Positions 14,059 to 26,317 of a stretch of DNA of 64,000 bases are shown here, in pieces. Numbering within the stretch: the first letter of the stretch is position 1; each line of letters opens with the position of its first letter. Under the pieces are notes generated by a model that did no database searches, was not told where the DNA came from, and saw only the letters and a list, made by a program, of their open reading frames with translations. A program made the position numbers and the translations under genes. This DNA is from Callorhinchus milii (Eukaryota), in the NCBI RefSeq assembly GCF_018977255.1, contig NW_024704742.1:4528001-4592000 (forward strand), written 5' to 3'.

Positions 14059-14509
14059 TCCTTACCCCTATGAAAGTATTCTTGTTGCTTGCTGACTGTC
14101 TTCGTTCATTTTGTCTCTCACTCCTCCTTGCCTGTATCATTTATTTTCTCAGTTTTTCTTTGTCCATCACGCTGTTCCTTCTTTCCATTTCTTGGGCTAA
14201 ATTTTGCTCTCCTGTTCAGCTTTTCTTTCTTTGCTCATTAAGTTACCCTGTTCCTCTGTTCAAAGAATTACATAGAACGTTGCAGTATGGAAACAAGGCA
14301 CTTCTGCCAACTAGTCCATGCCAGTGTTCTTCCTCCACATGAATACCCCTCCTAATAATAATAACCCTCGCACTTTATCACTTGTTCAGATGTCTCAAAA
14401 CACTTTGCAGAATGTTTTGTGAAGTGGATTGATTGTAGAGTTTTCCGTGCAAGAACGCGGCAGTCAATTGCGCAGAGCATTCAGCTCTCCCTTTTCTTCT
14501 ACTTCCTTA

Positions 14510-14785
14510 TTCCTCATGTATTCCCCTGTCTCTGCCCTGCCAAGATCCTTATTCATGCCTTTATCATGTCCAGGCTAGACTTTCCAAACGCCCTGCTCAC
14601 CGAACTACCCAGCCCCTCCTGAGACAAACTGCAGACCACCCAGAACTCTGCTGACCATGTTCTCACCCACTCCAGGCTCTGTGAGCCTTTCACTCCCATT
14701 CTTGTTCGGCTCCACTGGCTCCCCAACCTTTAGTGGATCGAATTGAAGATCCTCATTCTCACTTTTAAATCCCTCCACAGCCACC
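14510..14785 (+). mobile_element. L2 ORF2 fragment
   Basis: KILIHAFIMSRLDFPNALL...LHWLP...IELKILILTFK. Confidence 0.8.
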
Positions 14786-14919
14786 ACCACCCACCCCCCA
14801 CCGCCCCCCGAGAGGGTAATTACTCCTCACTCTCAGTTATTTTTCTCTGGAGTCAAGAATGATGATAGGTAACTCAAACTCACAGGCAATTTTAATTTCT
14901 GAAAAATGTTCCCTTGCAG

Positions 14920-15192
14920 TACAGTACTTGCATTTGATACAGCGCCTTATCACATCTTTGAGATGTCTCAAAACGCTTCACAGGATATACTATAAAGGGT
15001 AGTGACTGTATATTTTGTGGGCGAAACCCAGTAGCCAATTGCACACAGCAGGATCCCACAAACAGTCGTGGATTGAGTGACCACATTTTTTTCTTGAAGG
15101 GATTATTACCCCCAGAAAAATGATCCGCCAATCGACTAACAACCGGGTTCCTACTTACTGCTCGGTAAACAAAGTAGTGTGGAGTAAGGAAA
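14920..15192 (-). mobile_element. SINE subfamily A, 5'-truncated
   Basis: Matches the A middle and tail. Confidence 0.85.
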
Positions 15193-15871
15193 ATTAACTA
15201 CCAGCTTTAATTCAGTACATGTTTGTAATTTTACGCAGGAAAATGTGCAGAATTCATTTCGACAAATGGCTATTGAGGATGGTTTACAGAATCATTCAAA
15301 AAGGAACTGGATAAGCACAAGACGGGTAAAAAAAAAGTATTAAGGGATATGGAGAAAGAGCGAGGAAGTGGGAATAGTCACTGGGGGCAGGGATTATTCC
15401 CACTGTACTTCTGTTAACTCAAGCCAAAGCCCTAATGGGTAGGTGGTTCTAGCTGAACAAGCAGTGGGAATCTTGCCAAACGGTGCTTGCAATTGCAAGC
15501 TATTCAGTTTTAGCTGGTAAAACTCCAGCAGTACCTTAACGAATGCTCTGGGATCCGCAAGCTAGAAAATATATCTAGTCTTGCATCATCAGATTCTCAA
15601 GAGAATTCTGATCCCTCTGGGCTGACCACTTCTGTAAGGATCTCATCTCTCACATGTGGAAGAATTATTTAATATTAGAGTAAAGGAACCTACAGAGATG
15701 TTTTGTTATGCGCTTACGTGGTACTCTTAGTCTGGTTGGATACTTTTAAACATGGCAATGGGTTTCCACCCGTGTCAGAAACACGGCTGGCCTGAAACAC
15801 AATGGTTCCTCAGCTCGGCTTCTAGTCAACGGCCTCTCCTCCAGTCCCCACACAGTCTCGTGGGCGTTCCT

Positions 15872-16187
15872 CAGAGAGAGGACCCTGGTGCAATTCCCGG
15901 GCAGGGAGAAAGCTTAGGCAAGTTTCCTTACTCCACACGCCTCTGCTTACCAAGCAGTAGGTAGGAACCCGGTTGTTAGTCGATTGGCAGATCATTTTTC
16001 CGGGAGTAATAATCCCTTCAAAATAATAATAATTTGGTCACTCAACTGTTGAGGAACACTGCTGTGCACAATCGTCTGCCGCGTTTTGCCCACAAAATAT
16101 ACGGTGTATTCACTTTACAGTATATTCCGTGAAACGCTTTGAGACGTTTCAAAGATGTGATAAGGCGCCTATGTCAAATGCAAGGAA
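15872..16187 (+). mobile_element. SINE subfamily A with expanded tail
   Basis: Partial head, A middle, and a tail running into (ATT)n. Confidence 0.85.
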
Positions 16188-16325
<138 letters not shown>

Positions 16326-17812
16326 CTCTTGGCTGCTGATCTGAGGGTTAATATTGCTTTAAGTTTCAATTAGTGCCCGAATTAGAAATTAGGTCAGAGC
16401 TACCAGTGTATTCTCTATAGTGAACAATCTTCAGTGTTTTGCTCTCTCAGGTTTATCTTGTCCCACTGCTTCTCGACCACTGGGTCCAAAATAATCCTTC
16501 TCAAGCCATGGTTTGTTGTTACTCGTCATGCATTTGACAATTTCCCGATGACTGTGATCCACTGCTCATACTCACTTTTTTCTTGCGGGTCACTGAGCAG
16601 TTCCTTCTGTCCCGTAAAGTATCTCACAAGTTGTGAGTGACTAAACACATTAGTACTGTCTGTGTTACCTCACCAGGATAGTGAAATTCCAGGCGACAAT
16701 AAGCAAGTCTATTAATTCAAATGATTGCAAGAGTGATTTTCTTTTAGGTCTCTTTGTTTACTGTGAGTATTCATTCCACTGTGCATTACTGGGAAGTAAG
16801 AAACCGTTGTGAGTTACAGTGGACATGATCTGTTATAATGACTTAGTCACACATACTCACAATCTTAAATAGCTGGTAATTGATGGAAGAGCACAATGAA
16901 CTAGGGATCCAAAGCAGAAAATGGATTTTATTTATTTTCCGATGAAGCTGTAAAATAAAAGTAAAAAAATTTCAATGTTTACCTTTACATCTCCAAGTAA
17001 ATTTCATGGTGGATCTTGGTTAAGCATGGAAATGTCTCCTTAATGTCACTGCATAATAGCGTAAAAAACATCTGGGAACCCATGTAATGTAATGAAGGCT
17101 ACAGTAGCTGAATGAAAGTACCAAGTCAATGTATGTTAGAAGTGCTGAAAGACACAGTTTTGATTCTTGTAAGTACTTAAATGTGCTCTGTAAAGCCATT
17201 ATATTTGTTATTTACATATGTACTTTATAGTGTGTAAGTCAAAGCCAAACAGTACTTTAATCTAATTATAGTGAGGTTAAGCTCTCCGAGACACCGTCCG
17301 GTACGAAGTGCGCAATATAAAAGCAAGTTGTTGTTGTCAATAACTACGGTAAAGTGCAGAGCCATTTAAAGGGAAATGTAATCCTATAGAAAGGGGAAAT
17401 ATCTACAAGCACATTGCACATGCACATGCAATGCGTTCATGCCTTCAATTTATAATGGTTATATTGGTGGAAACTGTATAAATATTGCTTTAAATGAAAG
17501 CCACTTGATGCCAAAGAGCAATGATGTAAAGGCAGAATGCGTGTATTGGAGCCATGATAAACTGTCACCCGGTGAAATCAACTGCTCACCGTGTGTATAT
17601 AGTTCTCCTCTATGGTTCCAACTTATTGGGCAATCAGCGAGGGGATTCCTCCAGCCCATTTATCATGTCCAAGCACTGAGATGGAATTGTGGTAAACAGG
17701 GGAAGCGGCTGCGGAGAGGAAGGGTCTGGCCCACACTCACCTGTCACTCAGCATCCTAGCGGTAATGTTGGCTTTTTATAGTAGGCATGTCTTTGCCTGC
17801 AAAGATATACCT

Positions 17813-18190
17813 GTGGAGTCCTGTAGCTCAGTGGTTAGAGCGCTTGTCTCGCAAGCGAGCGGACCTGGGTTCGATTCCCGGGCAGAGCAAAACGTTGGTC
17901 AAGCATCCTTACGCCACACGCCTCTGTTCACCCAGCAGTAAGTAGGAACCCGGTTGTTACCCGGTTGTTCGGCGATTGGAGGATTGTTTTTCCGGGAGTA
18001 AAAATAATGATAATAGTAATAATTTGGTCACTCAATCCACGCCAGTTTGTAGGACACCTCTGTGCGCATTTGGCTGCTGCATTTCACCCAGTCAATTCAC
18101 TTTTTAGTACATTCTGTGAAGTGCTTTGAGACGTCTCGAAGACGTGATAAAGAGCTATATCAAATGGAAGGATTAGTATTATGATTATTA
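17813..18190 (+). mobile_element. SINE subfamily A, full length
   Basis: A box TAGCTCAGTGG, B box GGTTCGATTCC, A middle, and GACGTCTCGAAGACGT tail. Confidence 0.92.
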
Positions 18191-20045
18191 CACAAATACG
18201 CAGTCACTACATATAGTAAATCCCGTGAAGCTCTTTGAGACATTTTCCAACATGAACGGTACCATATTAAGAGTAAGGTACCATATTATTATCATTATAA
18301 CGTAAGTCCCTTCACATGAGTGCTTGGATTAAATAGTTGTTCATGAGTAAACTTGACCATTGACATTGGACTTGGATCTCCAGAACATCAAGGTGTTCTA
18401 GGGATGTCACAAGTTGTCCTAAAGAGGACCATCGATCAGATGGCCATTGACTAGCTGAGGACGGGTAGGCTTAGAGTTAAGTTTGACAGCTGGTGGAAGA
18501 TATTAGTTGGAGCCAGTTTTGTGAACACACGCTCGCATATACAGAGAGAGGTAAATGCTGCTAATGCACTTCCAACTTATGGATCCATTGCTCAGTGGAT
18601 AGGAAGGTCTGGTCTGTAAACAGATGGTAACAATACTCTCCTGCATTATCTGCTGTGTCCTACTGCTCACCAAAGCAGATAGTCAAGAGTTCCCGATACC
18701 TGCTATCCTCCTCGTGAAGGCTCAAACCTATTTTTGTCCCGTGTTGAATGACCAACAAGTGACTATCCTTCTTAGGGGAGAAGTAAACAGGGGCTCTTTG
18801 GGGCTGAATTTAAATCTTTAAATGTTCCCTGTCACTGTCACTGTCACAGCTTAGCCATTGCTGTACGTCATTGTATAGTAATCGAAGAATTATTGCACAA
18901 TGCCATATGTTCATGGGTTTATAGGTTCGGAGGTTTAAGATTCCCTGTTTACATAATCTTGGGTATAATAATCCTTGCATTTGATACAGCGTCTTATCAC
19001 ATTGTTGAGACATCTCAAAGCGTTTCATAGGATTTACTGTACAGTGTAGTGACTCTGTATTTTGTATGCGAACATGGCAGGCCAATTTTGTGCACAGGAA
19101 CTTCCCACAAAACATATGTCTCCGTGTCTCTGAAAGAAAGAAATTGAGGTAGTTCTTGCCTACCCCCGTGTATCAGTTTTATTGCAGTGGTATTGCACAA
19201 TTCACATAAGAGCTCTGAGCAGTCACCAAGAGACAGACTTGGGTTTGTACCTTATGAGTAGTCCTGAAATGTAACTGCTGTAACGCTGAGTAAATTCATT
19301 ATTAACATTTCTCACTAGGGGTGCATGAGTGGATGTCTTGACATACTTTCCAGCAGACCCTGGGAAATAAAACTTCCATTAACACGAAGCAAGCTATGTG
19401 AAGAAGTGCGATAACATTCTTCCAGGCTTCGTCAGAATAGTAATATGTTGCATCGAAGAAATAAAGAAGCTAAATGGTGCAAAATGAGAACGAGAAAGGG
19501 AGAGTGAGGCATGAGGCCGGACATGAGACATGGATTATCATTCAGAAGATTTCTTGTATCCTGTGCAGTACAAGAGAGAAGCTGGGAGAGCCTGCTTAGA
19601 TATCACTAACGGAGTAGGTCATTTAGGACAGAGGGGGCATGGAGGCAAAGCACTTCCTTCCACACAGAGATGAAAGGAAAATAGAGCACTTGTTAACTTG
19701 TCTGCTCTCACAAACCTCCCAGCAACCAGTCAAACATTGACTTTAGCACAGGCTGAGGAACACGGGGGCAACTTGACCATTGGGGAAACCAAGAAGAGGG
19801 AGAAAATCTGAAATGTGGATGAATAAAAATAGTTTTGGAACATTTTAAAGTGTGGATTTCTTATTTGGGAAACAATCAAGTTTGGACACAAAACACAAGA
19901 CGATGGCTTTGGTATGGGATGAAACACCGGCATCTCTCTCCATTACAAATGACCAGCTCAGCACTAAAATGGTAATAAATAAAAAGGCAACAGGCGGAGG
20001 GAGAGGAAGAGGGCAGAACGCGACTGCAGAGGCATTTAATCGCAT

Positions 20046-20135
20046 CCAGCAAGCATTGAATCGCAGGAAATGGAAGTTCTTTTGCGCATCAGGCAATGGT
20101 TCAAGACTATGTTTCCCGCGATTCATTGCAGCTGG
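20046..20135. repeat. ~90-bp hairpin repeat; second copy at 53103-53195
   Basis: TGAATCGCAGGAAATGGA is shared by both copies, and the arms pair with TTTCCCGYGATTCA. Confidence 0.7.
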
Positions 20136-20154
20136 CCGGTAAGTGCACATGGTT

Positions 20155-20487
20155 GTGGAGTCCTGTAGCTCAGTGGTTAGAGCACTCGCTTTGCAAGTGA
20201 GAGACCTGAGTTCAATTCCAGGCAGAGGGCGAAACCTTGGGCAAGTTTCCTTACTCCACACACAGCCTAATAATAATCCCTCCAAAAAAACAAAATAATA
20301 ATAAATTGGTCATTTTCAATCTACGACTGTTTGTGGGACATTGCTGTGCGCAATTGGCTGCCGCGTTCGCCCACAAATATACAGTCAATTCACTTTACAG
20401 TGTGTTCTGTGAAGCGCTTTGGGACGTCCTCCCGACGTGAAAAGCGCTATATCAAATGCAAGGATTATTATTATTATTATTATTATT
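20155..20487 (+). mobile_element. tRNA-derived SINE, young short subfamily (B), full length
   Basis: Head GTGGAGTCCTGTAGCTCAGTGG (A box), GAGTTCAATTCC (B box), TGC anticodon-like loop, Deu-type 3' part and (ATT)n tail. Nearly identical to copies at 35068, 44813, 51776 and 63895. Confidence 0.95.
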
Positions 20488-20955
20488 AAACTGAGGGCCA
20501 CCAAGAACTTTGCAGACAGGAGAACAAAGGTAGACAAATGATGTTACTTTTATTGCTGTGAATAATCAGAGACAAACGTTACCTTTGCTAAATCGACTTG
20601 CATGAAAAATATTTCTCGATGGCCTGAATTTCTTTCCTTTTTTGTTAAAACATTTTAGAAATAAGTGGATTGTGTTGCCCCGTCTATCGACTCAGAGCAA
20701 CGTGTGGCAGACAGGCAGCAGCTCGTCTATTCCCGAATACACCAACATTTCCACGTTTATGGTGCATATACGGTGAAAAATCGCATTGAAACTCCGCAGG
20801 GGTGGGTAATTGGAGTTGAGGTACAGATCAGCCATGATCTTATAGAATGGCGCAACAGGCTCGAAGGGGCTGAATGGCCTACTCCTGTTCCTATGTTTCT
20901 TTGGGCTCTTCAAGGACTGGGCCCCAAAAACTTTGAAAGAAAAAGCATTTTGTAA

Positions 20956-20961
20956 TTTATT
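20956..20961 (-). promoter_or_regulatory. candidate polyadenylation signal for the CRIP-like gene
   Basis: First minus-strand AATAAA I noticed downstream of the stop, followed by a T-rich tract. Would give a ~1.5 kb 3' UTR. Confidence 0.35.
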
Positions 20962-22434
20962 CAACAGCCGGCTAAGGTGCATATGCTCGGAAAGGCAAAA
21001 TTGTGGGGGGTTTTCTCCAGCGCAATTGAAAGTGTTGCGGAGAGGTGGACAGTAATAAAGTGTTGTGGAATCACACAGCTACACTGCAGGAAATGAAGCA
21101 ATTCTTTGACACGAACCACAGCACTGGAACTGTAGCAAAACAACGACTTGCATTTATATAACGCCCCTCATGCAAAGTATACCGCGTCCCAGAGCATTTA
21201 ACTGACTCCAGGAGCCAGTGATCAAGGAAGGAACCAGATCCTTCCACAGCACCACTCAGCGCTGTTGGCTACAGTTGGGATATTTACACTGGCTGCAAAC
21301 TGTGAAATTGCTGAGCTTTGCACAAGTAGCGCTGCTCAATAGGTCAAACATAGACTGAGACTCCCTCACACTCCCAAACCTTTTGTTCTTCTCTTGTAAT
21401 GGGATTTCCTAGTATTAACGAGCAGAGCACGTGCCAGACCTCTGACTGGTCAGCGCAATGAGTAATTTCACTACAGTTCCAATCAGGTTCAGTATATGTC
21501 ACTAAATTGCAGTGCCCTGAATTAACACTGACCTTCCGTTGAGGAACGTGCATTAAACTTTCACGCAGTTACGGGCAGAGCTTCTGAAATTTCACCCAGT
21601 CTTTGCCTTGACATCGTTTTTTGTCCCGAAAATTAAGATCGCAGTGGAATTGTGGAAAATTCTAAAATTCAACCTCGGTTTGGAAAACTATAGCCCCTTG
21701 TTTACAGGACTGCAGAAAACTGGCAAATTCGAGCTAAGGGAGCAAGAGAAATTTCGGGTCCCTGGAGGGTAACGACGCTCCTAAAAGGTGAAGGTAGAGA
21801 AACTGGCGAAAGGAGGAAGTCACTGGGTTCTCTCCACCTGACTGTACAGGACAGCAAAGCACAGGCCTGTCAAGCCATCAGCAAGTAGGGCCATATAAGC
21901 AGTTGCAAGCGTGACTTAAAAACAATTGTGCATCTGTAGCTGCTCTAATCTTGCTCGAGCCTCTGGCAACATACCGGAGTCTTGTGGAACATGAGCGTTT
22001 ACACTGAGGAAAGCATTAGGAAATTATGCTTTACAAACACACCATCAATCTAGCAGCTGGCTTCCTCCCACATTCGGGTTTTATAGGCTACACCGAGAGG
22101 GGAAGAATGTGCCAGAAGCTAATCGTATCTTTATACTGCTGTTTGCGAACCGAATTGTGCCAGAAATGGGAAGCGGGTGGCAAAAAAAAAATATTATAAA
22201 TTAAAACTGTCAAGAAACATGATTTCTAAAAGTACAGGAGCTGTGAGCGCTAAAGTTCGAGGTGTTCTGCTTATCTGTGCAGTAATGGCGTACGGCCCCT
22301 AAGTATTCGTTTGCCAAGGCTCTCGGAGTTGTTTTTATGCATTGAGGCGTGGTAACCGTTTCGAGTGTAAAGCAGCTCTTTTCTGCTAAGGTGATTTTGT
22401 TCATCGCTGAGTGAGGTGAGATTCTTCACAAGGT

Positions 22435-22511
22435 CTAAGTGCTCCTCTGGTCCTCAACGGCAACACTGGATCCAGTTGCTCCAAGAGATGCTCGAGTTGC
22501 TGGTTGTCTTC
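22435..22511 (-). CDS. CRIP-like LIM protein, terminal coding exon (GRQPATRASLGATGSSVAVEDQRST*)
   Basis: Acceptor ...TATCTGCATCCGCAG|. Phase-1 continuation to TAG at 22437-22435. Total CDS is 270 nt. The tail is not conserved enough to confirm by homology. Confidence 0.75.
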
Positions 22512-22807
22512 CTGCGGATGCAGATATAATAATAAAAAAATAATAACAGACAAATGGCAGAACCAACCAAGGAACAGTACGATTAAGTCAACACATCAAT
22601 CTTAAACATTTGAATTGTTTTTATGCGAAACTTATTGAAACCTTCGAATTCTCACACATTGTGGATATATTGCACGGAAGTTTCTTTATCAAACCCTGCA
22701 TTTCCATCAGATTACCCCCAACTATCACTGATCCTCCCATTGTTAACCCAAGCGTATTATTATAGACCCGAAAATCCATCTCGTCTCGTCCTGTAAGACC
22801 ATTTGTC

Positions 22808-22943
22808 TTCAAATTTAATTGTGGAAAATTGTTAAATTCAGGCTTAATTTGGAAGCCAGTTTCCCACAGTTATTAAAAAAAAGACTTTCAAATTAGAGCC
22901 GAATTCAACAACGTTCCACAATGCCGTGTCTTTAAATTTTGAA
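22808..22943. repeat. palindromic MITE-like repeat; relatives at ~21629-21735 and ~62117-62185
   Basis: ATTGTGGAAAATTGTTAAATTCAGGCTTAATTTGGAAG is inverted to CTTTCAAATTAGAGCCGAATTCAACAACGTTCCACAAT. Confidence 0.65.
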
Positions 22944-23864
22944 ACAAAAGGATCTTGCAGGTTAAAACTATCCAGAATTTGGGGCTTTATATAATTTGTC
23001 CTTTAATATTCCTATATACAAAATATTACAAGGTAAGGTTAGGTGGAATTTCAGGCCTTAGGGTTTCCGGACAGTTGCCTGACTAACCCTCTCTCATTGC
23101 AGACAGACTAGTGACTGTTTTCCTGCTGAGGTGTTAGAGGCATAGTAGCCAGATATGTAGTCATACAGGTTTTATATTGTTCTGGCATCTGTGAAATCCA
23201 TCTTACAATATCAACAGGACAGGTTCGACAACACCAGTGGCTGTCGTGCTGATTCCTAAAGCAGTTCTGCCACACTTCTCTGTGCAATGGGATAATCCGT
23301 TAAGTAAACACATATCTGAAATGTTTTGGGGTCATTTTCTAATACTGGGTGCTGGCATATTACATTTGAGAAGAGCAAAGAATAAAATTAATGAAACTGC
23401 CATTATTTGAGGGTTTTTTTTCCCTTACAGAACTACTGCTCTGTTTTAAAACGTATGCATGGTCGTTTCACTCTCTCAAACTAATTCCCCGAGGAGTCAG
23501 TTTACTCAATTCAACACAACTGGTAAAAGCTCAAGAAAAACACCAAAAAATGTGTGTCAAATGTATTGAATGATGTGTGATGTGAGCTGATCTGTGACTG
23601 GAGAGTTTATCAATGGATAACTGGCTTGTTAGATGGGCCTCAGAAAGCAGTGGGTTATATGGGTCAATGTCACTGAGAACTTTTGCCTCTATGGAGCACA
23701 AAGCTGGAGTAGATAATCTCTGCAGATTGGATCAGAGAAGCCTTTTGTTTAAAGGAGATGGTGGGATGTTCTACTTCTGTCAGGCAGTGGATGAGCTCAT
23801 CAGCCTCTATGCTTCGGGTGATTGGGATGTGATGGAGTGCGTTGTCGGTTCAATGCTCTCTTAC

Positions 23865-23919
23865 CTCTTTGTCCAAAGTGCTGGAGGTAGCAGCGATTGC
23901 AGTACGGTTTCTCATCGTA
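23865..23919 (-). CDS. CRIP-like LIM protein, coding exon 3 (YDEKPYCNRCYLQHFGQR)
   Basis: Acceptor TTCTTTCTTTCCCTTTCCTCAG| and donor GAG|GTAAGA. 55 nt. Completes the LIM pattern C-X2-C-X17-H-X2-C-X2-C-X2-C-X17-C-X2-C, followed by an FGPKG-like FGQRG. Confidence 0.95.
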
Positions 23920-24044
23920 CTGAGGAAAGGGAAAGAAAGAACAGGGTGTTGTTCACATCTGATATAAATACTTAGTTTATATTTAAACTCTTTAGGGTTA
24001 GAAGGACATTTGTTCTCTTTGTAACATTCGTAACATAGTGCGAT

Positions 24045-24447
24045 AGCCTGGCTCAGTTGGTAGCGCTCTCGCCTCTGAGTCAGAAGGTTTGTGGGTTCAA
24101 GCCCCACGTCCGGACATGGAATCATATAGTCTAAGCTGACACTCCAATGCAGTGCTGGGGGGGTGGGAGCTGCATTGTTGAAGGTGCCGTCCTTCGGATG
24201 AGACATTAAACCGAGGTCCCATCTGCCTGTTCAGGCAACGAATCCCCCAAATAAAATCAGTCACCGAGTGTTGGTCTTGTTGAATCGACAACACTCCATG
24301 GTTGTCTGTGGGACGCTGCTGTACACAAACTGGCTGCCGCATTTCGCCCACAAAATACACAGTCAATCCTCTTTACAGTATATTCTTTCTAGAGACGTCT
24401 CAACGACGTGATAAGGTGATAAATCAATGCGAGGATTATTATTATTA
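24045..24447 (+). mobile_element. DeuSINE copy in CRIP-like intron 2
   Basis: Same head as 9688, CCGTCCTTCGGATGAGACATTAAACCGAGG, and (ATT)n tail. Confidence 0.8.
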
Positions 24448-25582
24448 TCTCAATTAATACATTTCCCATTGTGGAGTTTTCTCTTGTTTTCTTTGGGCAA
24501 AGAAGTCTAAAAAAAAATCAAAGTTTTATTTCTCTCTGCTAAGTTGCTTAATTTTGGGTAGGATAGTAGTGGCATGCGTTTCATATTGACCTTTTCCCAC
24601 TATATTTTAACCCATTCCCCTGAAATATTAACCCATTTGTTTTCTTTCAGATGACAATAGAATGAAAGTTGCGTCTTGCAGTATATTCTGTGAACCACTT
24701 TGAGGCATCTTGACGACGTGATAGAGCGCTATATCAAATGGAAGGATTATTATATGGCACCTATTCAGGTGGATGTCAAAGATCCCATTTGAAAAGAGAA
24801 GGGAATTTCTACAGGTGTCCTAGCCAACATCCCTCAGATAAAATTGCTCACAGCTCTGTGTGGGACATTTGGATCCTAACCCTGTGCGAGGGACATTATA
24901 TAAATGCAAGTTGTTGTTGTTTTATCCTGTGAAGCACTTTGAGATTTCTTCCTTGTGTGAAAGGTGCTATACCAAATGCAAGGATTATTATTACTGCTGT
25001 TATGACATTGTCAAAATGTCTCAAAGTGCTTCACAGGATTTTCTGTAAAACGTAGTGACTGTATGAGTAAGCAGAACACTGTTGACCAGGACACCGTAGC
25101 AAATACACAGCATAGAAATAAATTGGGTGTGGGAGGGGGGAGCTGAAAATATGGATGGCATTCTTTTGCATGCGAGACTCATCTTGTTTGAGCGCACTAC
25201 ACCGGCCAACTGAAGGGTCAGTTTCTCTACAGCTGCTTTTAAAAGCCTCAGATGTTTTGAAATCATATTCCGATGCTTTCCATGTTTACTTCCACGTCTC
25301 TGATTGTCTTAGTCCGTCGTTCATTTTGAAATGAATTGCCTAAACAGTTGTTATCCGAAGCCTCATCTGCATCAGGCATTTGCCATCAGTACGGCTCACA
25401 GTTCCAATTTTGTTCTGTGTGAACAGGTGCTGTGTAAAATCCAGGAAGTTTCCATTTTAAAATACTCCCATTGTGTAGAACTGGAGCTGGGTTCAGTCAG
25501 TGCATTGCCAGGTGACTCCAGTTCAATTCACATTCCTTATTTCTCTCAACAAACTTTGTGTTTGCTGCTGCATAACAATGTA

Positions 25583-25890
25583 CACGCACACAGATCTCCC
25601 CCTCTCTCTCTCTCTCTCACACACACACAGATATGTCTCTCACACACACAGATCTCTCTCTCTCTCACACACACATAGATCACACACACACACACACACA
25701 AATCTCCCTCTCTCACACACAGATCTCTCCCCCACACACACAGATCTCACACACACACCTCACACACACATAGATCACACACATCTCACATACACACACA
25801 CAGATCTCACACACGTAGATCACACACATCTCACATGCACATACGTAGATCACACACACACACATGTACACACGTAAAGCACATACACAA
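25583..25890. repeat. compound (CA)n/(CT)n repeat punctuated by AGATC
   Basis: Recurrent (CA)n-GATC-(TC)n units in CRIP-like intron 2. Confidence 0.9.
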
Positions 25891-26222
25891 ACGAAGCAGC
25901 TGTAACCAGCATTGCAACCACTGCTCAAGCATGAAAACATGGTACACTGCTATGCAAATGTGGAGAATCCCAGCAGCACAGCACTAGCGCACATCAAGGT
26001 GAGGCGTAATGAGTTTCATTTCTGCATGTAAATGGGCCAAGAGATACTGAAGTTAATGATTAAAAAGCAAAGGGGCCAAAGCCCCAGATGTTCTAATAGT
26101 TTACGATTCCCCAAAGAGGCAACGGCTTACAGAGCGAGGGCTGAGGAGACAGATTGCAGCAACAACACATCCAGACAGTCAGACACTGGAGCAAACAGAT
26201 GGAGACTTCGCAGAGTTCTTAC

Positions 26223-26317
26223 CTCTGCGTGCTGGCCTGGGTTGAGCTGGCGTTTGCACCGGTAACACTTCAGACACAGGGGATGGTAGTCTTTACCCAG
26301 GGAGCGCTTCCTCTCGG
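26223..26317 (-). CDS. CRIP-like LIM protein, coding exon 2 (AERKRSLGKDYHPLCLKCYRCKRQLNPGQHAE)
   Basis: Polypyrimidine acceptor CTTTTCCTTCCTCGTGCAG| and donor GAG|GTAAGA. 95 nt, in phase with exon 1. Clearly similar to CRIP1 [32 protein letters not shown]. Confidence 0.96.

Noticed and set aside
20155..20230. tRNA-Ala gene
   Set aside because: A/B boxes are present, but there is no proper acceptor stem and it continues into SINE body. It is a SINE head, as are its siblings.
22454..22511. Alternative frame KTTSNSSISWSNWIQCCR* for the last exon
   Set aside because: Incompatible with the phase-1 donor of exon 3.
25331..25940. His/Thr- and Cys/Val-rich ORFs; periodic AGATC units that could resemble an array
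   Set aside because: Low-complexity CA/CT microsatellite with no unique spacers; not CRISPR-like.
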